Below are positions 49,572 through 58,469 of a DNA stretch of 64,000 nt, one piece after another. The notes beneath the pieces were generated by a model that was given only the letters and a program-made list of their open reading frames with translations, was not told where the DNA came from and did not search any database. Both the position numbers and the translations under genes were made by a program. Source of the stretch: Ruminococcus sp. (GTDB lineage Bacteria > Bacillota > Clostridia > Oscillospirales > Acutalibacteraceae). The DNA lies in NCBI GenBank assembly GCA_017457155.1, contig JAFTHZ010000004.1, positions 7,798-71,797 on the forward strand, given 5' to 3'. The stretch's first letter is position 1; every line of letters starts with the position of its first letter.

Positions 49572-49600
49572 TTGACAAGTGTGAAAAATCGCAGTATTAT
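49572..49600 (+). promoter_or_regulatory. Putative SigA promoter of the AT-rich islet genes
   Basis: TTGACA-17 nt-TATTAT. Confidence 0.65.
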
Positions 49601-49644
49601 ATTGTCGTAATATGCACTTTCTGCAAAAAGGAGAAGAATAAAGC

Positions 49645-50607
49645 ATGAGTTCTGAAAAGGTGAAGGAATACTTAGGAATGGCTTTGGATATGGAAAAGAA
49701 TATCTATATTCAGGAAAAAATGCTATCCAATTTGGAACAAGAAATAGAGTCTTTGGGACGAAATCGAAAAATATCTTCTCCGGAAAAAGAGCGCGCAGAG
49801 GTTGGATTTGCCAAGTATATATTTGCGACTGCATTAATTATGTGTTTTATTGGGTATATGGTTGAGATGGTAAATGGAGTTGAGTCAAGTGAAGGTATTT
49901 TTTCGGGTTTTTTTGCTATTTTTGAAGCAATAAATTTGAACCTGTTGTGGTGGACAATATCTGGTGCAATAATAGGACTATTATTATCGTTATTTGTTTT
50001 TGCTATGAAACAAGGAGTGTATAATGACGAGTATAAAGCAGAGTTAAATGAGTACAGAAAAGAAGTCGAAAAGGATGATAGTAGGGTTAGAGAGGAAAAT
50101 ATAAGAAAAAAAGCATTGATAAAAGAATACGATTGTTTGTATGAAAAGTATGAAGAATCCTACGATAACCTAGAGAAGTTTTACGGATATAATATAATAA
50201 ATGAAGAATATAGGAACCTTGTCGCGATTGCTACAATTTATCAGTATTTTTGTGATAAGCGTACATACAGCTTAGGATTTGACCCTAAAACCGGGGACGA
50301 GGGTGCTTATAATAAGTACAACCATGAGAGAAGACAGGATATAATCATTGATAAACTTGATGATATTGCAGAAAAACTTGATACGATAATAGACAATCAG
50401 AGGATTGTTGTTAATACACTACGTGATGCTAACAATCGAATAGAAAGGCTCTCTTCCGGTATTAAGAGCGGAATGCGAAGAATAGAGGGAGCTGTTAATA
50501 ATCAGACTGCTGTTTTGAGCTATAATGACGAAAGAAAGATAGCAGAACAAAAGTATTTATCCAGGATAGCCAGTATGGCATATCTTGACAGTCAGATGAG
50601 TAATTAA
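49645..50607 (+). CDS. Hypothetical two-TM coiled-coil membrane protein
   Basis: 320 aa ORF with AGGAG RBS, two hydrophobic segments and charged heptad-rich flanks; AT-rich. Confidence 0.7.
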   Translation: MSSEKVKEYLGMALDMEKNIYIQEKMLSNLEQEIESLGRNRKISSPEKERAEVGFAKYIFATALIMCFIGYMVEMVNGVESSEGIFSGFFAIFEAINLNLLWWTISGAIIGLLLSLFVFAMKQGVYNDEYKAELNEYRKEVEKDDSRVREENIRKKALIKEYDCLYEKYEESYDNLEKFYGYNIINEEYRNLVAIATIYQYFCDKRTYSLGFDPKTGDEGAYNKYNHERRQDIIIDKLDDIAEKLDTIIDNQRIVVNTLRDANNRIERLSSGIKSGMRRIEGAVNNQTAVLSYNDERKIAEQKYLSRIASMAYLDSQMSN

Positions 50608-50624
50608 AAAAGAGGATGTGACTT

Positions 50625-50912
50625 GTGATACGAAAAAGATTAGTAAAAAAGTTTTTTAAGAACGATAGCGTAGATTTTTCCGAGAAGGGCCCCTGCAAGG
50701 TTACTTTGGTTAGAGCGGGAAAAAACACAATAGATGTAATTAAAGCTGTTAGGGAGTATGGACGACTAGACCTTATAGAAGCTAAAAGAATAGTTGACAA
50801 CTGTCCCCGTATGATAAAGTGTATGATAACCGAACAGGAAGCCCTACTTATAAAGTCAAACGTAGAAATGTATGGCGCTGTAGTTCAAATAGATACAGAA
50901 GCTGAGAACTAA
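50625..50912 (+). CDS. Stand-alone ribosomal L7/L12 C-terminal-like domain protein
   Basis: KVTLVRAGKNTIDVIKAVREY..LDLIEAKRIVD..P..IK...EA..IK..E..GAVV; lacks the rplL N-terminal dimerisation domain. Confidence 0.72.
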   Translation: MIRKRLVKKFFKNDSVDFSEKGPCKVTLVRAGKNTIDVIKAVREYGRLDLIEAKRIVDNCPRMIKCMITEQEALLIKSNVEMYGAVVQIDTEAEN

Positions 50913-50930
50913 ATGTTATTCTAAGAATTT

Positions 50931-50963
50931 GCAGGAGTGATTTGAGTCGCTCCTGCTTTTTTT
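50931..50963 (+). terminator. Rho-independent terminator
   Basis: GCAGGAGTGA-tttgag-TCGCTCCTGC followed by T7. Confidence 0.8.
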
Positions 50964-51089
50964 GTAAAGACACTTATGAAAAATTCTTCTTCTGATTGTT
51001 GTAATATTCTTTTATTTGTGATAAAATATATAATTAATAATATCATAATGGATAAATGTTTGAAAAATTCCGAAAGGATGGTTTTTGAT

Positions 51090-52538
51090 ATGACAGTACG
51101 TACACGATATGCACCCAGTCCCACAGGTTTTATGCATGTGGGAAATCTGAGAACTGCGCTCTATGAGTACCTTATTGCAAAGAGCCAAGGCGGCAAGTTC
51201 ATCCTCCGTATTGAGGATACCGACAGAGAGCGCCTTGTGGAGGGTGCTGTGGATGTTATCTACAATACCCTGAAGGTTGCGGGACTTCGACACGATGAGG
51301 GTCCCGATGTGGGCGGAGAGTTCGGCCCCTATGTTCAGTCTGAGAGAAGGGATATGTATCTGCCCTATGCTGAGCAGCTCATCCGAGAAGACAAGGCATA
51401 TCGTTGCTTCTGTACCAAGGAGCGTCTGGAGAAGCTGTCTGAGGAGTCTGTTGGCGGTGGTTACGACGGCCACTGCAGAGATCTGCCTCAGGAGGAGATT
51501 GACAGACTTCTTGCGCAGGGTGTGCCCTATGTTATCCGTCAGAAGATGCCCCGTGAGGGTTCAACCACCTTCTCTGATGCGGTGTTCGGAGACATCACAG
51601 TGGAGAACACCGAGCTGACAGACCAGATTCTTATCAAGAGCGACGGCTATCCCACATATAACTTTGCAAACGTTATTGACGACCACACAATGGGGATCAC
51701 CCATGTTGTAAGAGGCTGTGAGTATTTAAGCTCTACACCCAAATATAATCTCCTTTACGAAGCATTCGGCTGGGAGATTCCCACCTACGTCCACCTGCCC
51801 CTGATTATGGGCAAGAACGAGGACGGCTCTGTGTCAAAGCTCTCAAAGCGTCACGGAGCAACAGGCTTTGAGGACCTTGTAGCAGACGGCTACCTGCCCG
51901 AGGCAATCATCAACTATATAGCTCTTCTGGGATGGTGTCCCAAGAGCAACCAGGAGATATTCTCTCTTTCTGAGCTTGCAGAGAATTTCCATGTGGACGA
52001 GATCTCCAAGTCTCCCTCGGTTTTCGACTACGACAAGCTCAGCTGGATGAACTCCGAGTATCTGCGTGGCATGACAGACGAGGAGTTTGCACAGGTTGCA
52101 AAGCCTTATTTTGAGCAGGTCTTCGGGGATGCTCCCTACGATGATATGAAGCTCACCGCTATACTCAAGCAACGTACCGTAAAGCTTACGGACATTCCTC
52201 CCATGATTGATTTCTTCAGGGAGCTGCCCGAGTACAGCACAGAGCTGTTCATAAACAAGAAGAGCAAGACCAACCTTGAGAACACTCCCGCAATCCTTCA
52301 GGCTGTGTATGATGAGCTGGGTGCTCTCAATGACTGGAACTGTGACAGTATCAAAGAGTGTCTCATCGGACTGGCAGAGAAGATGGAGCTTAAGAACGGC
52401 ACAGTTATGTGGCCTGCAAGAATCTCTGTTGCAGGCAAGACGGTTACTCCCGGCGGTGCAGTGGAGATACTGGATATTCTGGGCAAGGACGAGGCCCTGA
52501 GCCGAATGGAGCAGGGACTTGAGAAGCTCAAAGCATAA
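51090..52538 (+). CDS. gltX: Glutamate--tRNA ligase
   Basis: RYAPSPTGFMHVGN (HIGH), RIEDTD, KLSKR (KMSKS); start ATG 51090. Confidence 0.97.
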   Translation: MTVRTRYAPSPTGFMHVGNLRTALYEYLIAKSQGGKFILRIEDTDRERLVEGAVDVIYNTLKVAGLRHDEGPDVGGEFGPYVQSERRDMYLPYAEQLIREDKAYRCFCTKERLEKLSEESVGGGYDGHCRDLPQEEIDRLLAQGVPYVIRQKMPREGSTTFSDAVFGDITVENTELTDQILIKSDGYPTYNFANVIDDHTMGITHVVRGCEYLSSTPKYNLLYEAFGWEIPTYVHLPLIMGKNEDGSVSKLSKRHGATGFEDLVADGYLPEAIINYIALLGWCPKSNQEIFSLSELAENFHVDEISKSPSVFDYDKLSWMNSEYLRGMTDEEFAQVAKPYFEQVFGDAPYDDMKLTAILKQRTVKLTDIPPMIDFFRELPEYSTELFINKKSKTNLENTPAILQAVYDELGALNDWNCDSIKECLIGLAEKMELKNGTVMWPARISVAGKTVTPGGAVEILDILGKDEALSRMEQGLEKLKA

Positions 52539-52562
52539 TAACCCACAGGAAGGTGAATATAA

Positions 52563-54263
52563 ATGGCAGACGAGATTAAGAATGTTGAAATGAACGAGGA
52601 GAACACAATGCCCTCCAACTTTATCCATGACTTTATTGACGAGGATATCGCAAAGGGCGGTCAGTACGAGGGTATGACCGTACACACACGTTTTCCTCCC
52701 GAGCCTAACGGCTACCTGCATATCGGCCATGCCAAGGCTATATGCATTGACTTTGGAACAGCACAGAAGTACGGCGGAATGTGCAATCTGCGTATGGACG
52801 ACACCAACCCCACCAAGGAGGACGTGGAGTATGTAGACGCAATTCAGGAGGATATCAAGTGGCTGGGCTTTGATTGGGACGACCGCTTCTACTATGCTTC
52901 TGATTATTTTGATGATATGTACCGCTTTGCGGTGGAGCTTATCGAGAAGGGTCTTGCCTATGTATGCGAGCTGAGCGCTGAGCAGATGCGCGAGTACAGA
53001 GGAGACCTGAACACCCCCGCTCAGAGCCCCTACAGAGACAGACCCATCGAGGAGAGTCTGGAGCTTTTTGAGCGTATGAAGAACGGAGAGTTCGAGGAGG
53101 GTACCATGACCCTGCGTGCAAAGATTGACCTTGCAAGCGGCAACTTCAATATGCGCGATCCCGTTATCTACCGAATCAACAAGCTTCGCCACCACAGAAC
53201 AGGTGACAAGTGGGTCATCTATCCTATGTACGATTTTGCTCATCCCATCGAGGATGCTATGGAGGGTATCACCCACAGCCTCTGCTCTCTGGAGTTTGAA
53301 GATCACAGACCCCTGTATGACTGGGTAATAGCAAACGTTTCCGTACCCGCTAAGCCTCGCCAGATCGAGTTTGCAAGACTTGGTATCAACAATACCGTAA
53401 TGTCAAAGCGCAAGCTCCGCACACTGGTGGATGATGGCTATGTCAGCGGTTGGGACGATCCCCGTATGCCTACTCTGTGCGGACTCAGAAGACGCGGATA
53501 CACTCCTCGTTCCATCCGTAACTTCACAGAGAGAAACGGAGTTTCCAAGGTTAACTCTGTTGTTGAGTACAGCTTCCTTGAGCATTGTCTCAGAGAGGAC
53601 CTGAACGAGAGAGCACAGCGTGTGATGGCAGTTATCAATCCTGTGAAGCTTATCATCGAGAACTATCCCGAGGACCTTACTGAGGAGTTTGAGGTTGAGA
53701 ACAACCCCAATCGTGAGGAGGACGGCAAGAGAACGCTCACCTTCTCAAGAGAGTGCTACATCGAGGCAGAGGACTTTATGGAGGAACCCATCAAGGGTTA
53801 TCAGAGACTCTATCCCGGCAACGAGGTGCGTCTCAAGTCTACCTACATCGTAAAGTGCACAGGTTGCAAGAAGGATGACGAGGGTAATGTTGTTGAGGTA
53901 TATGCTACCTACGACCCCGAGACCCGCGGCGGCAATACTCCCGACGGCAGAAAGGTCAGAGGTACTATCCATTGGGTCAATGCAAAGGATTGTGCTGAGG
54001 CAGAGGTCAGACTCTATGACAACCTCTTCACTGTTCCTGATCCTGACTCAGGTGACAGAAACTTCTTGGATTTCCTGAATCCTGACTCACTCAAGGTGCT
54101 CACAGGATGCAAGGTTGAGCGCTCTCTGGAGAATTCCAGATTGGGCGATGGATACCAGTTTATGAGACTGGGATATTTCTGTGCAGACAAGGACAGCACC
54201 GCCGAGAAGCTTATCTTCAACCGCAGTGTGTCCCTCAAGGACGGATTCAAAAAGAAAAAATAA
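52563..54263 (+). CDS. glnS: Glutamine--tRNA ligase
   Basis: TRFPPEPNGYLHIGH, DDTNP, IYPMYDF, SLEFE, MSKRK, GWDDPRMPT. Confidence 0.96.
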   Translation: MADEIKNVEMNEENTMPSNFIHDFIDEDIAKGGQYEGMTVHTRFPPEPNGYLHIGHAKAICIDFGTAQKYGGMCNLRMDDTNPTKEDVEYVDAIQEDIKWLGFDWDDRFYYASDYFDDMYRFAVELIEKGLAYVCELSAEQMREYRGDLNTPAQSPYRDRPIEESLELFERMKNGEFEEGTMTLRAKIDLASGNFNMRDPVIYRINKLRHHRTGDKWVIYPMYDFAHPIEDAMEGITHSLCSLEFEDHRPLYDWVIANVSVPAKPRQIEFARLGINNTVMSKRKLRTLVDDGYVSGWDDPRMPTLCGLRRRGYTPRSIRNFTERNGVSKVNSVVEYSFLEHCLREDLNERAQRVMAVINPVKLIIENYPEDLTEEFEVENNPNREEDGKRTLTFSRECYIEAEDFMEEPIKGYQRLYPGNEVRLKSTYIVKCTGCKKDDEGNVVEVYATYDPETRGGNTPDGRKVRGTIHWVNAKDCAEAEVRLYDNLFTVPDPDSGDRNFLDFLNPDSLKVLTGCKVERSLENSRLGDGYQFMRLGYFCADKDSTAEKLIFNRSVSLKDGFKKKK

Positions 54264-54300
54264 GCCTTATAGGAGTTGATTTCCTATGCAGGAGATATAT

Positions 54301-55038
54301 ATGAAGACCGCAGTGGTGACAGGTGCATCCCGAGGAATCGGTGCCGCATGCGCCATAGCCCTTGCGAAGAACGGCTACAACATTGTGCTGGGATATAAGC
54401 AAAACCGACAGCGAGCAGAACAGCTGTGTCAGGTTATTATCAGCAGCTACGGTGTAGGAGCCAAGGCGGTGTGTGCGGATGTGGCCTGCTCTGCTGATGC
54501 AGACGCTCTTGTGGAGGCAGCAGCAAGGGACTTCGGATGCACTGTGGATGTGCTTGTGAACAACGCAGGCATTGCCCAGCAGAAGCTGTTTACGGATATT
54601 ACCGACGAGGACTGGAACGCTATGATTGGCACAGATCTGACAGGTGCGTTCAACTGCAGCAGGGCTGCGGCAAGGTATATGATAAAACAGAAAAGCGGAA
54701 TAATCATTAACATCAGCTCTATGTGGGGGCAGGTGGGTGCATCCTGTGAGGTGCACTACAGTGCTGCGAAAGCGGGACTTATCGGTATGACCAAAGCCCT
54801 GGCAAAGGAGCTGGCCCCTTCGGGGATTCGGGTCAACTGTGTGTGTCCCGGAGTTGTGATGACAGATATGATGTCGGATTTTGACGATGATACTATGAGA
54901 GAGCTTGCGGATGAGACCCCTCTGGGCAGAATCGGAAAGCCTAAGGATATTGCTGATATGGTTGGGTTTCTCTGCAGCGACAGAGGTGAGTTTATCACAG
55001 GTCAGGTCATCGGTGTCAACGGCGGATTTGTTATATGA
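54301..55038 (+). CDS. SDR oxidoreductase, FabG/YmfI-like (possible EF-P 5-aminopentanone reductase)
   Basis: TGASRGIG, NNAG, SSMWGQVGASCEVHYSAAK, which resembles the YmfI subfamily. Confidence 0.75.
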   Translation: MKTAVVTGASRGIGAACAIALAKNGYNIVLGYKQNRQRAEQLCQVIISSYGVGAKAVCADVACSADADALVEAAARDFGCTVDVLVNNAGIAQQKLFTDITDEDWNAMIGTDLTGAFNCSRAAARYMIKQKSGIIINISSMWGQVGASCEVHYSAAKAGLIGMTKALAKELAPSGIRVNCVCPGVVMTDMMSDFDDDTMRELADETPLGRIGKPKDIADMVGFLCSDRGEFITGQVIGVNGGFVI

Positions 55039-55874
55039 CGTCGGCTTTTTCGCTCAGAGTGACAGCACTGACTTGTGTGTTGCTTGTGGTGCTGAGTTTG
55101 TTGTCTATTGCTATAGTGTCTGCCGACGGAGTAGAATTTGTTCTCTCGGATGTGTATACTCTGAGGGGCAGACTCTTCGAGACAGAGTTGACAGCACAGG
55201 AGGATTTTTCTGTGTCTGCCTTCGTCGCAAGGCTGGAGTATGACCCTGAGCTGATAGAGTACAGGAATGTTTCTGTATATGACGATGGTGCCAATTTCAG
55301 CGTGAGTACGTTGTCGCCGGGCGTGATATCGGTGGCGGTTGTGTATGATGAGCCATCCGGATGCAGTGCAACCTCAGGGATTATGAGCGTTGGATTCAAG
55401 GCTTTGGCAGCTGAGACCTCACAGATACTTCTGACTGTGGAGGATGTTCTGGACCCTCAGGGACAGGACGCAGAGGCCCCTGTTTGCACAGGTGCCACAG
55501 TATCGGTCACCTGTTCTGCGGCAGGATCGGATACAGACAGCGCAAATCCCGACCATCCTGATCTGACATCTTATGATGCAGATGAACTTGTGTTTATTGA
55601 AGGCGCAATGGTTGACAGAAGCCTGTCCTCGGGCAAGAAGGAGGGAGCGTCCCTTATTCCGAGGATTTCTGCAGATAGGGCAGTTTCGATAGCGGCTGCG
55701 CTGCTTGTGCTTGGAGCTGTTTGTATAGCAGGATACACAGGCTACAAGCTGGGTTTCAGAGGAGCAATAAATAAGAAGAAAGGCTCCGTTCCCCTTGAAA
55801 TGGGAGACCCCGATGCATATATGTCTGATTATTTATCAGAGGAAGAGAGGTTAACGAATGAAGAAAACACTTAA
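55035..55874 (+). CDS. Membrane-anchored cohesin-like beta-sandwich protein
   Basis: Signal peptide; beta-rich domain with LEYDPELIEY and GFKAL motifs; acidic linker; C-terminal TM followed by a basic stretch. Confidence 0.55.
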   Translation: MTSAFSLRVTALTCVLLVVLSLLSIAIVSADGVEFVLSDVYTLRGRLFETELTAQEDFSVSAFVARLEYDPELIEYRNVSVYDDGANFSVSTLSPGVISVAVVYDEPSGCSATSGIMSVGFKALAAETSQILLTVEDVLDPQGQDAEAPVCTGATVSVTCSAAGSDTDSANPDHPDLTSYDADELVFIEGAMVDRSLSSGKKEGASLIPRISADRAVSIAAALLVLGAVCIAGYTGYKLGFRGAINKKKGSVPLEMGDPDAYMSDYLSEEERLTNEENT

Positions 55875-56397
55875 TATTTTTTGGATAATCTCTGCTATTT
55901 TTCTGGCAGTTGGTGCTCTGTGGGGTGTGATATCAGGCCTTGCGGATGTTATGGGTCAGGATACTATCTGTGGAATTGCACTGATAATTTTCGGTGTCAT
56001 CAGTGTGCTGGCGTTTTTTACCATAGGGGCAAAGTCCTCGGGCAGCGGATGGATCCTCTTTGACGGATTCACATCCTTTTTCTGCGGACTGGCATTTGTG
56101 TTCTGGTATGTGGACGCAACCCTGTTCAACGTGAATCTGGTATACATAGTATCCCTTTGGCTGATGTTCCTGGGTGTGTCCCAGATAGCCCGCTCATCAG
56201 GAGGTAGCAAATCCTTCGGCAAGGTTGCCACAACAGGTACAGGTGTTCTGGCAATATGCGGAGGTCTTGCTCTGTATGTAAAGCCGGTGTCCGATATGCT
56301 GCTTATTTCCGAGGCTATGAAGTTGTGCGGATACAGAGTGACCTTTATGCTTCTCCTTGCAGCAGTGCTGGTTATCAGTCGTTGTCTGGATAAGTAA
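55858..56397 (+). CDS. DUF308/HdeD-like membrane protein
   Basis: Six short hydrophobic helices with repeated G-rich patterns. Confidence 0.6.
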   Translation: MKKTLNIFWIISAIFLAVGALWGVISGLADVMGQDTICGIALIIFGVISVLAFFTIGAKSSGSGWILFDGFTSFFCGLAFVFWYVDATLFNVNLVYIVSLWLMFLGVSQIARSSGGSKSFGKVATTGTGVLAICGGLALYVKPVSDMLLISEAMKLCGYRVTFMLLLAAVLVISRCLDK

Positions 56398-56421
56398 TTG
56401 GTACAAAAAAAGATAATAAAC

Positions 56422-56464
56422 AAAACAGCTCCCGAAGGGTCAGACCTTTCGGAAGCTGTTTTTT
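56422..56464. terminator. Bidirectional terminator
   Basis: AAAACAGCTCCCGAAGGGTC/GACCTTTCGGAAGCTGTTTT imperfect hairpin between convergent genes. Confidence 0.8.
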
Positions 56465-56470
56465 GTTTTG

Positions 56471-56977
56471 TTATTTTGTGTAGGCTTTGAGGATTTCTCC
56501 TACATAGAAGGTGTGGTACGGCTCGTTTTCGCCGTAGTGACTTGTTACTCCCTGAGCTGTGACAAACTGTTTATCCATAGGTTGTGAGTACAGCTTTCTG
56601 CAGATGATCACCAGGCTCGCTTGTTCAAAGCAGGGGACACCGTCCACAAATGTGGGAGTAAGTCCTGCTTCGGATACCTTGTCACAGTCTCTGCCTGATT
56701 TTCTTCCGCAGAGGGTGAGGGCGTCCTTGTACTCCTCAGGAAAGAAGCAAAGGGAGAAGAGCTCCTCTTTCTCGGTGAATTCGTAGGTGTATCGGCTGGG
56801 TCTGATGAAGGTGAAAGCCACGTCCTTGTTCCACAGCACTCCCAGTCCGCCCCAGCTGGCAGTCATGGTGTTGAAGCTGTCCTCGTTGCCTGCTGTAATC
56901 AGCATCCATTCTTTTCCGATTTTCAGGAAAGGGTTGAGGTTAAGATCCTTGGTTGATATTTCCTTGAAGCTGTTCAT
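56471..56977 (-). CDS. Flavin reductase family protein (flavoredoxin-like)
   Basis: WMLITAG..FNTMTASWGG, IRPSRYT, GRKSGRD.DK, YH..Y.GEI. Confidence 0.85.
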   Translation of the reverse strand: MNSFKEISTKDLNLNPFLKIGKEWMLITAGNEDSFNTMTASWGGLGVLWNKDVAFTFIRPSRYTYEFTEKEELFSLCFFPEEYKDALTLCGRKSGRDCDKVSEAGLTPTFVDGVPCFEQASLVIICRKLYSQPMDKQFVTAQGVTSHYGENEPYHTFYVGEILKAYTK

Positions 56978-56997
56978 AGCATCCTCCTGTAAATTAA

Positions 56998-57711
56998 TTA
57001 GTATATGTCGGTGATGGTTACTTCACCAAAGCTGATTTTTTCTTCTTTATCTGCGAAGCTGACTACAAGGGATCCGTCGGGGTCGATATCTGTGGCAACA
57101 CCTGACTTTTCCTGCCAGACTACTTTTCTGCCAATATTTGCGCACAGGTTGCGGTACAGCCTGAGTGTCGATTCGTCGGCCTTCCCGTGATGAGCTTCCA
57201 GTATCTCAAACACAGAGCATGCAACTTTCTCTGCTGTTTCCTCCAAAGAGAAGGCGTCTCCTGTCAGCAGATGCAGAGAGGTAGCCTTGTGAGCAATGTC
57301 TGAGGGAAAAACCTTGTTATTTATGTTTATTCCTATGCCGATGACTGCGTAGCCGTTTACACCCTCCGTGAGTATTCCGCAGAGTTTCCTGTTATGGGCA
57401 ATAATATCGTTGGGCCACTTTATCTCAAGAGGAGTATGACAGAAGTGTTGGAGTGCCTTGTGTACACCCAGAGCACACAGCAGGGTGATTGATGGGCTCC
57501 CCTCAAACGGAACGCACAGACTCATACAGAGGCTGTTCTGTTTCTCTGTGTGCCATGCTCTCTGTTGTCTGCCTCTGCCGGCAGTCTGTTCTCTGGCACA
57601 GACAACTGTATATGGCTTCAAAGGCTCTCCCGATTTCAGGAGAGCCTTCATATAATTGTTGGTTGAATCTATTGTGTCAAGTTGTATTATGTTCAGTGGG
57701 AATTGTGTCAT
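56998..57711 (-). CDS. birA: Biotin--[acetyl-CoA-carboxylase] ligase (no HTH domain)
   Basis: DSTN, QTAGRGR, KWPND, KLCGIL.E, IGIGIN. Confidence 0.93.
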   Translation of the reverse strand: MTQFPLNIIQLDTIDSTNNYMKALLKSGEPLKPYTVVCAREQTAGRGRQQRAWHTEKQNSLCMSLCVPFEGSPSITLLCALGVHKALQHFCHTPLEIKWPNDIIAHNRKLCGILTEGVNGYAVIGIGININNKVFPSDIAHKATSLHLLTGDAFSLEETAEKVACSVFEILEAHHGKADESTLRLYRNLCANIGRKVVWQEKSGVATDIDPDGSLVVSFADKEEKISFGEVTITDIY

Positions 57712-58328
57712 ATAAATCTTTTGCTTGCCTGAATGAGAGGCTTACAGATAGCAGTACCAATAACGATGTTTACTGCGATTTCGATGAGACCGTTTGTACC
57801 TGCAAAGAGTGCAAACAGAGCAAAAATGTTGTCGATGGGAAGTCCCACAACATCGGTGAGGCTGCCTCCAAAGAAAATCCACATAGAGCTGAGGAACAGC
57901 AGAGTGTTAATGATTGCAACACTTGCTGCTGCAACAGGGATAGCAAGCATGACTCGCTTGGTTCCGTTTGCGCTGATTGCTTTGTAAATAAGAGCGGGCA
58001 GATAACCGCACAGAACTCTGGGAACAACACACATCACAAAGGTAAGGAAGGGGTTGATAGCCATAAGTCCTACTCCCACAAGGTCCAGACCAAAGCAGGT
58101 ATAAAAGCTTGTCAGTCCGAAAACTGTGCCGAGAATAAGTCCGCTGCGCCAACCCAGCACAATGCTGCCAACTGCAACAGGCAGAGTGAGCAAGGTCATT
58201 TTTACAGGGCCCAGAGGAATATATCCGATGGGAGTGAATGTCATCAGAATAATCAACGCCGCAAGAAAAGCAGTCATTGTCATTTCGATAACAAGTGGGT
58301 TGATGGTCGAGTTTCTTCTTTTTGTCAT
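57708..58328 (-). CDS. ECF transporter S component, probably pantothenate-specific (PanT-like)
   Basis: FTPIGYIP, T...PV..G, G..FGLTS, PRVL, NTLLFL motifs; adjacent to coaX; AGGAGG RBS before ATG 58328. Confidence 0.8.
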   Translation of the reverse strand: MTKRRNSTINPLVIEMTMTAFLAALIILMTFTPIGYIPLGPVKMTLLTLPVAVGSIVLGWRSGLILGTVFGLTSFYTCFGLDLVGVGLMAINPFLTFVMCVVPRVLCGYLPALIYKAISANGTKRVMLAIPVAAASVAIINTLLFLSSMWIFFGGSLTDVVGLPIDNIFALFALFAGTNGLIEIAVNIVIGTAICKPLIQASKRFI

Positions 58329-58341
58329 AAAAAATCCTCCT

Positions 58342-58367
58342 GCTGTCTCCCCGTATGGGTGAGACGC
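58342..58367 (-). ncRNA. pan-RNA-motif-like hairpin (candidate cis-regulatory element)
   Basis: Minus strand GC-GUCUC-A-CCC-auac-GGG-GAGAC-A-GC: a stem with one bulged A per strand, abutting the RBS of a pantothenate-type S component. Confidence 0.65.
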
Positions 58368-58469
58368 TTTTTTATATTTACGGTTTGGCTTGTTAAGCAA
58401 ACCGCAGAAAACAAATCGAAAAATATGCAGGCAACGTAATGCCCGTTTTGTAAGGTGGTGAGATATGCT

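Noticed and set aside
50625-50912. rplL (ribosomal protein L7/L12)
   Set aside because: Lacks the N-terminal dimerisation domain and Ala-rich hinge, has no rplJ neighbour, and has AT-rich codon usage.
49160-50912. Prophage or integrative element remnant
   Set aside because: Only an XRE gene; no integrase, att-like repeats or phage genes seen.
51843-53306. 487-aa - strand ORF
   Set aside because: Antisense shadow across gltX/glnS caused by codon bias; no motifs.
57489-58439. 316-aa + strand ORF
   Set aside because: Lies antisense to birA, the S-component gene and the intergenic leader; no recognisable motifs.
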